Sequence record: SRR22947727_1917
DNA length: 32,118 nucleotides
Reading direction: 5' to 3' (one strand)
In this document: positions 1 to 9,184 of the stretch, piece after piece
Layout of the letters: each line of letters opens with the position of its first letter
Position numbering within the stretch: the first letter of the stretch is position 1
The notes under the pieces: generated by a model
The model's database searches: none
What the model was told of the DNA's origin: nothing
What the model saw: the letters and a program-made list of their open reading frames with translations, nothing else
Made by a program: the position numbers and the translations under genes

Positions 1-39
1 AGGGGCAGGTTGCAGGTTCGAATCCTGCCGGGGTCACCA
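1..39 (+). tRNA. 3' part of a tRNA, probably tRNA-Arg (truncated by the window start)
   Basis: T-arm GCAGG-TTCGAAT-CCTGC, acceptor 3' strand CGGGGTC-A and encoded CCA at 37-39. The anticodon lies outside the window, so the Arg identity is recalled from similar alphaproteobacterial tRNA 3' ends. Confidence 0.9.
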
Positions 40-116
40 TTTTTTATAAGATAAACGTTTTATGCTATTTTAACGTCATAGGTTAACTATGAAGAGGCTT
101 CTTCGAGTTACTTCTT

Positions 117-509
117 TCACTCTGGCGCACTTTTGTTACGCGCCGCATATTGTTCGATGAACGGGTTTAGAAGTATCGCCAAAGTCACACCTATTAGAAC
201 ACCCACAAAATCCGCCCAAAAATCAGAGAAATCGCCAAACCGGTTTACATAGGGTTGGATGAGTTCAATAGCGCCACCAAAAAGTAGTGCGAGGGGTGCG
301 ATCACGAGGCCGGTTTTCAGCCGCACCATCAGCATAGGCATTACCAGCAATGCAAAGCCTGCGGTGTGAAGTAGCTTATCGGCACCCTGAGGGGCAAGTT
401 TGCCCGCTCCGGGTGTTAGGGTCGTGGCCGCGATCACAACAGCGATGCACAGCGTAGTAAAAAGGGCAATATTTTGAAGATTACCGATGCGTTTTATAAA
501 TGATATCAT
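117..509 (-). CDS. VanZ-family membrane protein
   Basis: 130 aa and hydrophobic, with the VanZ-like motifs DKLLH, GGAIELIQ and R-x2-D-x2-D-x2-AD-x2-G. Confidence 0.8.
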   Translation of the reverse strand: MISFIKRIGNLQNIALFTTLCIAVVIAATTLTPGAGKLAPQGADKLLHTAGFALLVMPMLMVRLKTGLVIAPLALLFGGAIELIQPYVNRFGDFSDFWADFVGVLIGVTLAILLNPFIEQYAARNKSAPE

Positions 510-697
510 AGCGTGACCCGACTTGAGTATTTGCTTTATCGGATCCTAAGCTGACTGTAAAATGCCCTATATTTATCTTTTGGCGTTTAAGGCCTTGATA
601 GCAGTACAAACGGTTTAAGCCTGCAGGCTCGTGGATCCGCTGTTACAACGGTTTGAAATCTTTAGGGGTTGCCACCGTGTTGTGAAAACTTTATTCT

Positions 698-786
698 CGA
701 CTTCACCTCGGGGCGCCTTTTTGGCTGAGACGCATTTTGCGAACCCGTCGAACCTGAACCGGTTAAGACCGGCGGAGGAAAGGTCA
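698..786 (+). promoter_or_regulatory. TPP (thi-box) riboswitch aptamer
   Basis: GGGGCGCC...GGCTGAGA (J3/2 motif)...ACCCGTCGAACCTGAACCGGTTAAGACCGGCGGAGGAA, directly upstream of thiB. Confidence 0.95.
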
Positions 787-831
787 GCTTCATGCTACAC
801 GCTCTCCGCCCGTCGCAAATATGGAGAGAAC

Positions 832-1812
832 ATGAAATACTTCACATTCGCAGCGGGTCTGTTCACTGCCAGCATGACGTTGGCACAGACTCCGATACTT
901 ACAATTTATGCACCAGATTATTTTGCGTCAGAATGGGGGCCAGGGCCCGCGATTGAGGCCGCTTTTGAGGAAAGCTGCAGCTGTGACTTGCAGTTTAAAA
1001 CGGGTGATGTCATGTCGCGGATCATTCTGGAGGGTGAGCGCACCGAGGCAGATGTCGTGATCGGTCTGAACACAGATATTACAAAAAAAGCGCGCGAAAC
1101 GGGTTTGTTCGCGGCCCATGGCCAAGACAATGCGCAGCTTACATTGCCGATAGAGTGGAGCGATGAAATATTCCTGCCGTTCAACTATGGCCATACTGCG
1201 TTTATATACAATACTGAAAAAGTGGCCAACCCGCCCGCGTCTTTTGATGCGTTGGTGAATTCCGGCGCAGACTTGAGCTTGGTGATCCAAGATCCGCGCA
1301 GCTCAATCTCGGGCTTGGCCTTGGTGCTTTGGGTGAAGGCGGTCTATGGTGAGCAAGCAGAAGCAGTTTGGCAAAAGCTTGCGCCGAAAATTCTAACCGT
1401 TACCAAAGGCTGGTCAGAATCCTATGGGCTGTTTTCAGATGGCGAAGCCGATATGGTGCTCTCTTACACGACCTCACCGGCCTATCATATTGTGGCGGAA
1501 AACGATCTTACCAAAAAGGCAGCGATTTTTCCCGAAGGGCATTATTTCATGGTCGAGTTGGCGGCGAAAATAGCATCGACAGATGTGCCCGATTTGGCGG
1601 ATGCGTTTTTGGCTTTCATCATGACAGATCAATTCCAAAACATAATTCCAGAGGGTAATTGGTCTTTGCCTGCAGCCCTGCCAAAATCGCAATGGCCGCA
1701 AGCGTTCCAAGACTTGCCTTTGCCTGAAAAAGTGTTGTTCTATTCTGAAGAAGAAGCCGCAAACCTGCGCAAAGAGACGATTGAGGAATGGCGCCGCGCA
1801 TTGTCCAAATAA
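832..1812 (+). CDS. thiB: Thiamine ABC transporter substrate-binding protein
   Basis: Signal peptide and the motifs YFASEWGPGP, QDPRSS-SGL, KGWSESYGLF and MVLSYTTSPAYH. The start is ATG 832 after RBS GGAGAG; the ORF-track start at 631 runs through the riboswitch. Confidence 0.95.
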   Translation: MKYFTFAAGLFTASMTLAQTPILTIYAPDYFASEWGPGPAIEAAFEESCSCDLQFKTGDVMSRIILEGERTEADVVIGLNTDITKKARETGLFAAHGQDNAQLTLPIEWSDEIFLPFNYGHTAFIYNTEKVANPPASFDALVNSGADLSLVIQDPRSSISGLALVLWVKAVYGEQAEAVWQKLAPKILTVTKGWSESYGLFSDGEADMVLSYTTSPAYHIVAENDLTKKAAIFPEGHYFMVELAAKIASTDVPDLADAFLAFIMTDQFQNIIPEGNWSLPAALPKSQWPQAFQDLPLPEKVLFYSEEEAANLRKETIEEWRRALSK

Positions 1813-3296
1813 GCACCTCAGCGCTGATTTGTAGCTTTGTACTTCTACCGCTTTTGGCGGTTTGGGGTCAGGCGGATGGGCCTACCGGCTTGGGGCCTGC
1901 AGATTGGTCAGCTTTGCGCTTTACCATTTTACAGGCTGCGCTTTCGGCGCTCTTGTCCACTTTATCAGCGGTCCCGCTGGCGCGCGCGCTTGCGCGCGCG
2001 CAGTTTTGGGGCCGCGCTGCGGTGATTAGGCTGATGGGCGCACCTTTTATTTTGCCCGTTATTGTCGCCATTCTTGGTTTGATTGCGGTTTTCGGTCAAA
2101 ATGGTTGGCTCAATACGGGGTTGCGCAGCTTGGGCTTTGGCAGCTTTTCGATCTATGGGCTGCAGGGCGTGCTGTTGGCGCATGTGTTTTTTAATTTGCC
2201 CCTTGCCACACGGATGATTTTATTGGGCTGGGCAACAATCCCACAAGAGCGGTTGCGGCTGGGTCAGAGCTTGGATCTTCGCGGTTTTGCGCGGTTTCGT
2301 TTGATTGAGTTTCCGATGCTGATGACGGTTTTGCCCTCGGCTGTGGTGGTCATCTTTGTGATTTGTTTATCAAGTTTTACTGTGGCGCTGGCTTTAGGAG
2401 GGGGGCCCAAATCAACGACGCTGGAATTGGCGATTTATCAAGCTTTTCGATTTGACTTTGATTTCGCAAAAGCCGCTCTGTTGGGGCTGGTGCAATTGGG
2501 GGTGTCTGCATTGGCTGCCGTTTTCGCGCTGGGCTTTGCCTGGGGGCATCAGCTGGGCATTGGGCTTGATCGTCCAATTGCGCTGGGCCGCCACTCTACC
2601 TTGCAAAAATATCTAGATGGGGTGGTGATTGGCGCGGCCCTGCTATTTTTAGGCCTGCCTTTGCTATTGGTCTTGGGCAATGGGCTTGGCAGTGTAACCA
2701 GCTTGCCGGCTGCGGTTTGGATGGCGGCGCTGCGCTCGGTTTTGATTGCTTTGGGGGCCACAGCGCTGTGCATGTTACTGTCGCTCAGTTTGCTGAGCCG
2801 CGGTGGAGAAGCCATCGCAACGTTGGGAATTACGGTATCGCCGCTTGTCCTGGGAACCGGTTTGTTTTTGATTGCCAGGCCTTATGTGAACCCGTTTGAG
2901 ATAAGTCTTTGGGTAACGCTATGTGTGAATGCTCTGATGTCATTGCCCTTTGCAGTGCGTATTTTACGCCCGGAAATGAGCCAGGTAGACGCCAATTTCC
3001 GCTGGTTATCGGCTTCTTTGGGATTGTCTAGGTTGGGGTGGTGGCGCTGGGTGGTTTGGCCTAGATTACGCCGCCCATTCGGTTTCGCCGCGGGATTGAC
3101 CGCGGCGCTTTCGATGGGCGATTTGGGCGTTATCGCGCTGTTTGGCGATGCCGAGCGCGCGACCTTGCCGTTGAAGCTGTATCAATTGATGGGGTCGTAC
3201 CGTATGGAGCAAGCCGCGGGCTGCGCCAGCCTTCTTTTGATATTAAGTTTTGGATTTTTCTGGGTATTTGATTTTTTAGGGCGTCGTAATGCTTGA
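1788..3296 (+). CDS. thiP: Thiamine ABC transporter permease
   Basis: Duplicated ABC permease domains, LAHVFFNLPL and GGGP-TTLELAIYQA; lies between thiB and thiQ. Confidence 0.93.
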   Translation: MAPRIVQISTSALICSFVLLPLLAVWGQADGPTGLGPADWSALRFTILQAALSALLSTLSAVPLARALARAQFWGRAAVIRLMGAPFILPVIVAILGLIAVFGQNGWLNTGLRSLGFGSFSIYGLQGVLLAHVFFNLPLATRMILLGWATIPQERLRLGQSLDLRGFARFRLIEFPMLMTVLPSAVVVIFVICLSSFTVALALGGGPKSTTLELAIYQAFRFDFDFAKAALLGLVQLGVSALAAVFALGFAWGHQLGIGLDRPIALGRHSTLQKYLDGVVIGAALLFLGLPLLLVLGNGLGSVTSLPAAVWMAALRSVLIALGATALCMLLSLSLLSRGGEAIATLGITVSPLVLGTGLFLIARPYVNPFEISLWVTLCVNALMSLPFAVRILRPEMSQVDANFRWLSASLGLSRLGWWRWVVWPRLRRPFGFAAGLTAALSMGDLGVIALFGDAERATLPLKLYQLMGSYRMEQAAGCASLLLILSFGFFWVFDFLGRRNA

Positions 3297-3987
3297 TTTG
3301 CAAAACTTAAAAATTCGTCAAGGCAGTTTCCAACTGACCGCTTCATTGTGCGGTTTGGATGCGAAAATTTATGCCATTATGGGCCCATCAGGCGCTGGAA
3401 AATCTACTTTTTTGGCCGCGCTTGCGGGGTTTTTGCCGGTGTCTTCTGGCGCCGTGCTGTGGAACGGGCAGAATATCACTGGGCTGCGCCCGGCGCAGCG
3501 GCCTATGGCGATGCTGTTTCAAGACAATAATTTATTTCCGCATCTTAGCGCAAAACGGAACGTGGCTTTGGGGCTGACCCAGCGCAGATATCTGTCATCG
3601 ATCCGTCAAGAGCAGGTGAAGGCGGCGCTGTCACGCGTGGGATTGGGTGGTTTTGAAGCCTCTAAGCCCGGTGAATTATCAGGGGGGCAGCAAAGCCGCG
3701 TGGCGCTGGCGCGGGTGCTGTTACAAGATAAACCAATCCTTTTATTGGATGAGCCCTTCACCGCATTGGGGCCTGCTTTGAAAAATGAGATGCTGGATTT
3801 GCTGCAAACGCTGGCGCAAGAGCGGCAGGCTACGGTGTTGATGGTGACACATGATCCCAATGACGCGCTGCGGATTGCTGATGAGACATTGCTGCTAAGC
3901 GATCAAGTGCTCAGCCCGCCCCAACCAACGATGCAAGTGATGGCAAGCCCGCCGAAAGCCTTGGCCGCTTATCTTGGGTTAGATTGA
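3289..3987 (+). CDS. thiQ: Thiamine ABC transporter ATP-binding protein
   Basis: Walker A GPSGAGKST, LFQDNNLFPHL, signature LSGGQ and Walker B LLLDEPF. Confidence 0.93.
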   Translation: MLDLQNLKIRQGSFQLTASLCGLDAKIYAIMGPSGAGKSTFLAALAGFLPVSSGAVLWNGQNITGLRPAQRPMAMLFQDNNLFPHLSAKRNVALGLTQRRYLSSIRQEQVKAALSRVGLGGFEASKPGELSGGQQSRVALARVLLQDKPILLLDEPFTALGPALKNEMLDLLQTLAQERQATVLMVTHDPNDALRIADETLLLSDQVLSPPQPTMQVMASPPKALAAYLGLD

Positions 3988-4232
3988 TATAAAACAAAGC
4001 TTAGCGGATCCTCTTCTATCCGATATAGTGTAAGCGCTGACGATTATTTTGTTCTTTGGTCGCCACACAACATATCGAGCATCTTTTTAGACAAGCTTTT
4101 GGAACGCGCGGTTTTGCTCAAGCGGTGTAAAGTTAGGGCTTGTTAGATTTTATCTGGTCAATAGATTAGACTGGGCATAGCCCCGGGTGGATAGGGTTCA
4201 CACCGGCCATCGTTTTGAATAGGGAACTTATT

Positions 4233-5297
4233 ATGCGGACCAATGAAACGCGTCTTGCTGACTGCGCCAGCCTGAGCGCGTTTTGCCATTTTATTTTAGA
4301 AAAAGCTGGGGCAGATCAGCCCAGCGCGCTGGCGGCAACGCGCGCAATGATGCATGGCTCGGTCCATGGTATTGACAGCCACGGGGTGCGTTTGCTGGGG
4401 CATTATGCGCAGGCCTTTCAAGGTGGCCGATTGAACATAGCGCCCAAGATCGCGTTGGATCAAACGCGCAGTGGTACGGCGCTGCTGAATGCTGATAATG
4501 CGCATGGGGCGGTGGCCACATTTGCCGCGATTGATCATGCTGTGGATCTTGCGCAGACAGCTGGGATTGCAGCGATCGGCATTCAAAACACTTCGCATTT
4601 CGGTCCAGCCGGTGCTTTTTCTAAGGCAGCAGCGGATAAAAATATGATCGGGATTGTGTTTGGAAATTCCGATAGTTTCGTGCGATTATTTGATGGCGCT
4701 GAGCGTTTTCATGGCACCAACCCGATTTCAGTGGCAGTGCCGACGGCAGAACCAAACCCTTGGCTGTTGGATATGGCGACCAGCTCTGTTCCCTATAACC
4801 GGGTTCAATTACACCAATCGTTGCAACAGGATTTACCGCAGGGCGTGGCATCTGATCCGCAAGGCATGGATACTTTGGATCCGAATATTGCCGAAATGCT
4901 GGCTCCGATAGGGGGGGCTGATTTTGGTTTTAAAGGGGCTGCGCTGGGTGGTTTGGCCGAAATCTTTTCAGCGGTTTTGACGGGCATGAAGTTGAGCCCC
5001 GATATTGCCCCTATGGCCGGCCCTGATTTCACAACGCCACGGGGAATGGGCGCTTTTGTGATTGTTATAGATCCCAGTGCCTTCGCAATAGGAGAGGTGG
5101 TCCGCGCTGGAATGCTGCGGTATTTAAAGCTTTTGCGCGGGTCAAAGGCGCGAAAGGGGGCGAGCGTTATGGCGCCAGGTGATCGTGAATGGGCGCGGGC
5201 GGCCGGGCGCATTGAGCAGGGCATTCCATTAGATCCTCTTTCAGTTAAAAGCTTTACGGATTTGGCGATAAAATGGGATACCAACCCGCCTTGGTGA
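4233..5297 (+). CDS. Ldh_2 (type-2 malate/L-lactate/ureidoglycolate dehydrogenase) family oxidoreductase, substrate unknown
   Basis: Family motifs GIDSHG, HFG, GTNPIS, LDMATS, GFKG-L and PGDRE. ATG 4233 follows AGGGAA. Confidence 0.88.
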   Translation: MRTNETRLADCASLSAFCHFILEKAGADQPSALAATRAMMHGSVHGIDSHGVRLLGHYAQAFQGGRLNIAPKIALDQTRSGTALLNADNAHGAVATFAAIDHAVDLAQTAGIAAIGIQNTSHFGPAGAFSKAAADKNMIGIVFGNSDSFVRLFDGAERFHGTNPISVAVPTAEPNPWLLDMATSSVPYNRVQLHQSLQQDLPQGVASDPQGMDTLDPNIAEMLAPIGGADFGFKGAALGGLAEIFSAVLTGMKLSPDIAPMAGPDFTTPRGMGAFVIVIDPSAFAIGEVVRAGMLRYLKLLRGSKARKGASVMAPGDREWARAAGRIEQGIPLDPLSVKSFTDLAIKWDTNPPW

Positions 5298-5673
5298 TCA
5301 GCTTTTACAAACGCTGCCAAAGTTTAAATCGAGCGTGGTAGCGGTTGTGGATGTCTGACACATTTGGCAGGCAGGGCGCGTACCCACCACGCATCTGAAG
5401 GTTAATCTTGGTGCAAGCATTCCAGCCATTTCGAACCAGCAGGGTGACAGATTATGAGGAAATGTAACGTGCATTTGTGTGTAGCGCTTACATCGTTTCT
5501 GAGCCTAACGACCCGCGTTGAATTTTAAGTGGTTTATTACAGAGCTTTTGATGGCAGTTCTGCTAGAAACTTTTACTTTGAAATTTTTATATTTTTAACT
5601 ATGGTTTTTTCTCTGAGAGGAAACAGCGAAGTGACTGATCGGTATTGACCAAAAAATTTCGGGAGAATTTCGA

Positions 5674-6000
5674 ATGGCGCAGATGATGAACTGCATTAAA
5701 TTCAAGCCAAAAGCGGGCTCACATGATGCGCTTTATAAGGCCATTGCGATATATCTTCGCGATTACCCTTTGCCCGAAACGGTGCGCCTGTCAGCGCATG
5801 ATATCGGAGATGGTGAACATGCTTTGATCGGGTTTTGGGGCGATCTTGAAGATCTTGCCGATGTTTTATCAAACCGCATCGACAATCGCTTTTCAGATGT
5901 GATCAAGCCCTTTGTAACCCCTTATCCAAGTGGAGATGAGTTCCAAAGCTTTTCAGGCCCTGGCATTGATTATAACGCCTTTCTCGAAAGTGATGATTAA
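5674..6000 (+). CDS. Hypothetical protein, possibly ABM/dimeric alpha-beta barrel fold
   Basis: RBS GGGAGA and a protein-like composition. The N-terminal 'IKFKPKAG' and central 'IGFW-D' resemble the ABM pattern (inference). Confidence 0.7.
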   Translation: MAQMMNCIKFKPKAGSHDALYKAIAIYLRDYPLPETVRLSAHDIGDGEHALIGFWGDLEDLADVLSNRIDNRFSDVIKPFVTPYPSGDEFQSFSGPGIDYNAFLESDD

Positions 6001-6213
6001 TCCGGGCGTTTTGTGAGGGTTTTACCTTTGCCGGTTGTTTGCCGCTACGGTTGCGGGCAGATGTTTTGCAATGCCAAAATCACAAGGGCACTTGCACAAC
6101 GCTGATCAAGGACGGGCTGCTTTCTACATATTAACCCAGAGATTTCTTACAAATCAAAACGATAGTAATAAACCGTTTTAGGGTTGGTTGATCTTTGAGA
6201 ATAGGGCAGGTGA

Positions 6214-7110
6214 ATGAATAATTTAGGCAATGGGCTCATGCTGGCGCTGGCAGGGGCTTTGTCATTAACGCCCGATACGCTTTTAATGCGCCTGTCCGGA
6301 TTGGATGGCGGAGCTATGTTGGCGTGGCGCGCATGTTTGGCTGGATTGGTGTTTTTATCGATCGGGTTGATCGCGCGCTTCAAGGAAGAAAAAGGGAACC
6401 GCGCGCGCGTTTCGTCTTTTGGGTTTTGGTCTTTGGTCATTTGCCAGATTGGAAATGCCTCATTCTTTGCCTTTGGAATCGCGCTTGCGCCCGTGGCTGT
6501 GGTGTTGTTGGCCGTTGCTACTGTGCCCGTTATTGCGGCTTTGCTGGGTTATTTTGTATTGGGGGAACTGGCGGATCGCCGCGTTTGGGCAACCATAGTC
6601 TTGGTGTTTTCTGGAATCCTCATGTCGGTTGCTGGCGATATCGAAAGGGGCATGAATATTGATTTTGAAACGCTTTTGGGGGCGTGTTGTGGGCTTGCGG
6701 TTGCCATTAGTCTGGCCTTTAACTTTGTAATTATTCGGAAAAATAAAACTGTGCCGTTTGAATTGGCGATCGGGCTCGGCGCGCTGATCGCCGGGTGCAC
6801 CGCCTTTTATCTTTGGCCTGCGGCTTGGCAGGTGAGAGGCGCGAGCCTCATTTATATCTCGGTCACGGGATTGATTATTTTACCCGTTTCTTTTTTCTTG
6901 CTGTCAAAGGCATCGCGGCTGACATCCGCTGCCAATGTGAGCATGATTATGCTGTTAGAAACGGTTTTGGGCCCTTTATGGGTTTGGCTTGGTATCAAAG
7001 AAACGCCGAATTCGCTGACCTTGCTTGGCGGTGTTTTGGTGGTAGGGGCTTTGGGGTTTTTTCTCTACAGACAAGCAGGTGAGCCTGCCCTTGAGCGGGC
7101 AGGCAAATAA
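6214..7110 (+). CDS. EamA/DMT family transporter
   Basis: About 10 hydrophobic segments in two repeats; C-terminal 'LLETVLGPLWVWLG-E-P' is typical of EamA. Confidence 0.9.
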   Translation: MNNLGNGLMLALAGALSLTPDTLLMRLSGLDGGAMLAWRACLAGLVFLSIGLIARFKEEKGNRARVSSFGFWSLVICQIGNASFFAFGIALAPVAVVLLAVATVPVIAALLGYFVLGELADRRVWATIVLVFSGILMSVAGDIERGMNIDFETLLGACCGLAVAISLAFNFVIIRKNKTVPFELAIGLGALIAGCTAFYLWPAAWQVRGASLIYISVTGLIILPVSFFLLSKASRLTSAANVSMIMLLETVLGPLWVWLGIKETPNSLTLLGGVLVVGALGFFLYRQAGEPALERAGK

Positions 7111-7129
7111 CAACATGGGCCTTTGCGCT

Positions 7130-8989
7130 TTATATTCCTGAAACGATTAACTGGTTTACATTTTGAATAAACGATGTGGGATCTTCGGGCATTTCACCAT
7201 CTAAAATACGCGCTTGTTGAAACAACACTAGAGCCAGCGCATCAAGGCCCTGATCGGTTTCTTCGGGCTGTGCTTTTAGTTTTTGCATTATCGGATGCGT
7301 TGCGTTCAGTTCTAACACTTTGGCGCTGCCCGTGTAATCCGGATTTTGCGCTTTCATGATACGCTCGAGGTTGAAATCAAGGCCTCCATCTGCGGCGACC
7401 AAGCGCACCGGGCTTGAGGTCAGGGTGCTGGAGACCCGAATATCCGATACTTTTTCACCCAATGCGGCTTTCAGCTTTACGATAACATCAGACATATCCG
7501 AATTTTGATCATCGGCTTCATCCGCTTCACCCTCTTTGGCGAATTTGGATAGGTCGACGTTTTCGCGTGCAATAGAGATTAAAGATTTTTCTGAATATTT
7601 CGGACTTGTTGAAATCCAGAACTCATCAATCGGGTCTGTCATCAGTAAAACGTCAATGTCTCTTTCCGCAAAGCCTTCGATATGCGGGCTGCGCTTTGCG
7701 GCTTCAACAGAGTCGGAGGCTAGGTAATAGATATCGTCCTGCGTTTGAGGCATAGCATCGATATAATCTTCAAGCGAAATCATCTTATCTTGCTTCAAAG
7801 AATAAAACCGGCAGATTTTTAAAATGCGGTCGCGATTATCCGCATCTTCATAAATGCCCTCCTTCAAAACGCGGCCAAAATTTGCCCAAAACGCTTCATA
7901 GGCTTGCGCGTCTTTTTTAACCTTTTTCGCCAATTCGGACAGCACGCGCTTGGTCACGGCTTTGCGAATTTTAAGCAGCGTTGCATTATGTTGTAGCATT
8001 TCCCGACTGACATTCAGGTCCAGGCTGGCGGTATCAATGATACCGCGCACAAAGCGCAGCCATTCTGGAATAAGATCTTTCAATTCGTCCGTTATGAACA
8101 CGCGGTTTACATAAAGCTGAACTTTTGTTTTGCGTTCTGGATCAAAAAGATCAAAAGGCTTTTGGCTTGGTAAAAATAGCAGGTTGGTAAATTCTACAGC
8201 GCCTTCGGCTTTGTTATGCAGGGTCAAAAACGGCGTGTCATATTGCCCGCTATGGCTCTGATAAAAATTATTATACTGCTCTTGCGTGATGTCTTTTGCA
8301 GGTTTTGTCCAAAGCGCTTCCACAGAGTTTAACACTTCAGAGGTTTGATCGTCTTTCATCAATTGGATTGGATAGGCAATATGATCTGAATATTTCTTTA
8401 CGAGGGTTTGGATCCGGATGTCTTCCAAAAACTCTTTCGCCTCTTTTTTAAGATGCAAAACAACCGTGGTACCAACGGTTTCGCGCGCGCTGCTTGCGTT
8501 GATTTCATAGCCGGATTGGCCATCGCTTTGCCAAGAATATCCTTGATCCTGACCTGCTTTTAATGTGTGCACTTCCACTTTATCGGCCACCATGAATGAG
8601 GCGTAAAAGCCAACGCCGAATTGACCGATTAGGCTTATTGCATCCTTGTCTTTTTCCGCGGCTTCTTCGATTTGTTCGATAAAGGCTTTGGTGCCAGATC
8701 GGGCGATTGTGCCCAGAGCTTCGATCAAATCTTCCTGGTCCAAGCCTATGCCGCTATCGCTGATCGCGATGGTTTTGCGCTTATTATTCAATGTAATTGA
8801 AATCTCGGCCGCGTCGGCGCTGAGCAATTTGCTATCCGTCTGACCCAGATATTGCCGCTTGTGAAGGGCGTCTGACGCGTTGGAGAGGAGCTCTCTCAAA
8901 AAGATTTCTTTGTTTGAATAAAGTGAGTTGATAACGATGTTCAGTATTTTTCCGGTATCGGCTTCAAATTCGCGCGTGGTGCTCGCCAT
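7130..8989 (-). CDS. htpG: Molecular chaperone HtpG (Hsp90)
   Basis: YSNKEIFLRELLSNASDAL, LGTIARSGT, IGQFGVGFY and LNVSREMLQ; 619 aa. Confidence 0.97.
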   Translation of the reverse strand: MASTTREFEADTGKILNIVINSLYSNKEIFLRELLSNASDALHKRQYLGQTDSKLLSADAAEISITLNNKRKTIAISDSGIGLDQEDLIEALGTIARSGTKAFIEQIEEAAEKDKDAISLIGQFGVGFYASFMVADKVEVHTLKAGQDQGYSWQSDGQSGYEINASSARETVGTTVVLHLKKEAKEFLEDIRIQTLVKKYSDHIAYPIQLMKDDQTSEVLNSVEALWTKPAKDITQEQYNNFYQSHSGQYDTPFLTLHNKAEGAVEFTNLLFLPSQKPFDLFDPERKTKVQLYVNRVFITDELKDLIPEWLRFVRGIIDTASLDLNVSREMLQHNATLLKIRKAVTKRVLSELAKKVKKDAQAYEAFWANFGRVLKEGIYEDADNRDRILKICRFYSLKQDKMISLEDYIDAMPQTQDDIYYLASDSVEAAKRSPHIEGFAERDIDVLLMTDPIDEFWISTSPKYSEKSLISIARENVDLSKFAKEGEADEADDQNSDMSDVIVKLKAALGEKVSDIRVSSTLTSSPVRLVAADGGLDFNLERIMKAQNPDYTGSAKVLELNATHPIMQKLKAQPEETDQGLDALALVLFQQARILDGEMPEDPTSFIQNVNQLIVSGI

Positions 8990-9027
8990 TGGGGGGTCCT
9001 TTGGTCAGATGACATGTTGTTGGGGGG

Positions 9028-9054
9028 ATGTAATCATTTTGGGCCATTGTTCAA
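9028..9054 (-). promoter_or_regulatory. Candidate heat-shock (RpoH-type) promoter of htpG
   Basis: Minus strand TTG-N18-TTACAT about 40 nt upstream of the start codon, with spacing like alphaproteobacterial RpoH promoters. Pattern match only. Confidence 0.4.
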
Positions 9055-9184
9055 TAACCCATCTGCCTCTTACATGAAATTCTTTGCATAAGTTTAAGCT
9101 GCTCGTTACGGGCCGGTGTCATGCTGAGCGCGCCGTGCGGTTCAACGTTCCAGCTGCGCTGGCAGACGAGCCTTGGAGCAGTGT

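Noticed and set aside
1..630. tRNA-anchored genomic island or prophage attachment site
   Set aside because: No integrase and no duplicate of the tRNA 3' end was seen in the window; only an AT-rich vanZ-like gene follows.
631..831. N-terminal extension of the ThiB ORF
   Set aside because: It reads through the promoter and riboswitch; the RBS and signal peptide support ATG 832.
4141..4172. Weak dyads (AGAT-TTT-ATCT; CTGGTC-AATA-GATTAG) upstream of the Ldh_2 gene
   Set aside because: Too short and imperfect to call an operator without comparative data.
7083..7104. GCCTGCCC-N6-GGGCAGGC hairpin at the end of the EamA gene
   Set aside because: There is no downstream U-tract on either strand, so it is not called a terminator. 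No second copy was noticed, so it is not called a REP-like repeat.
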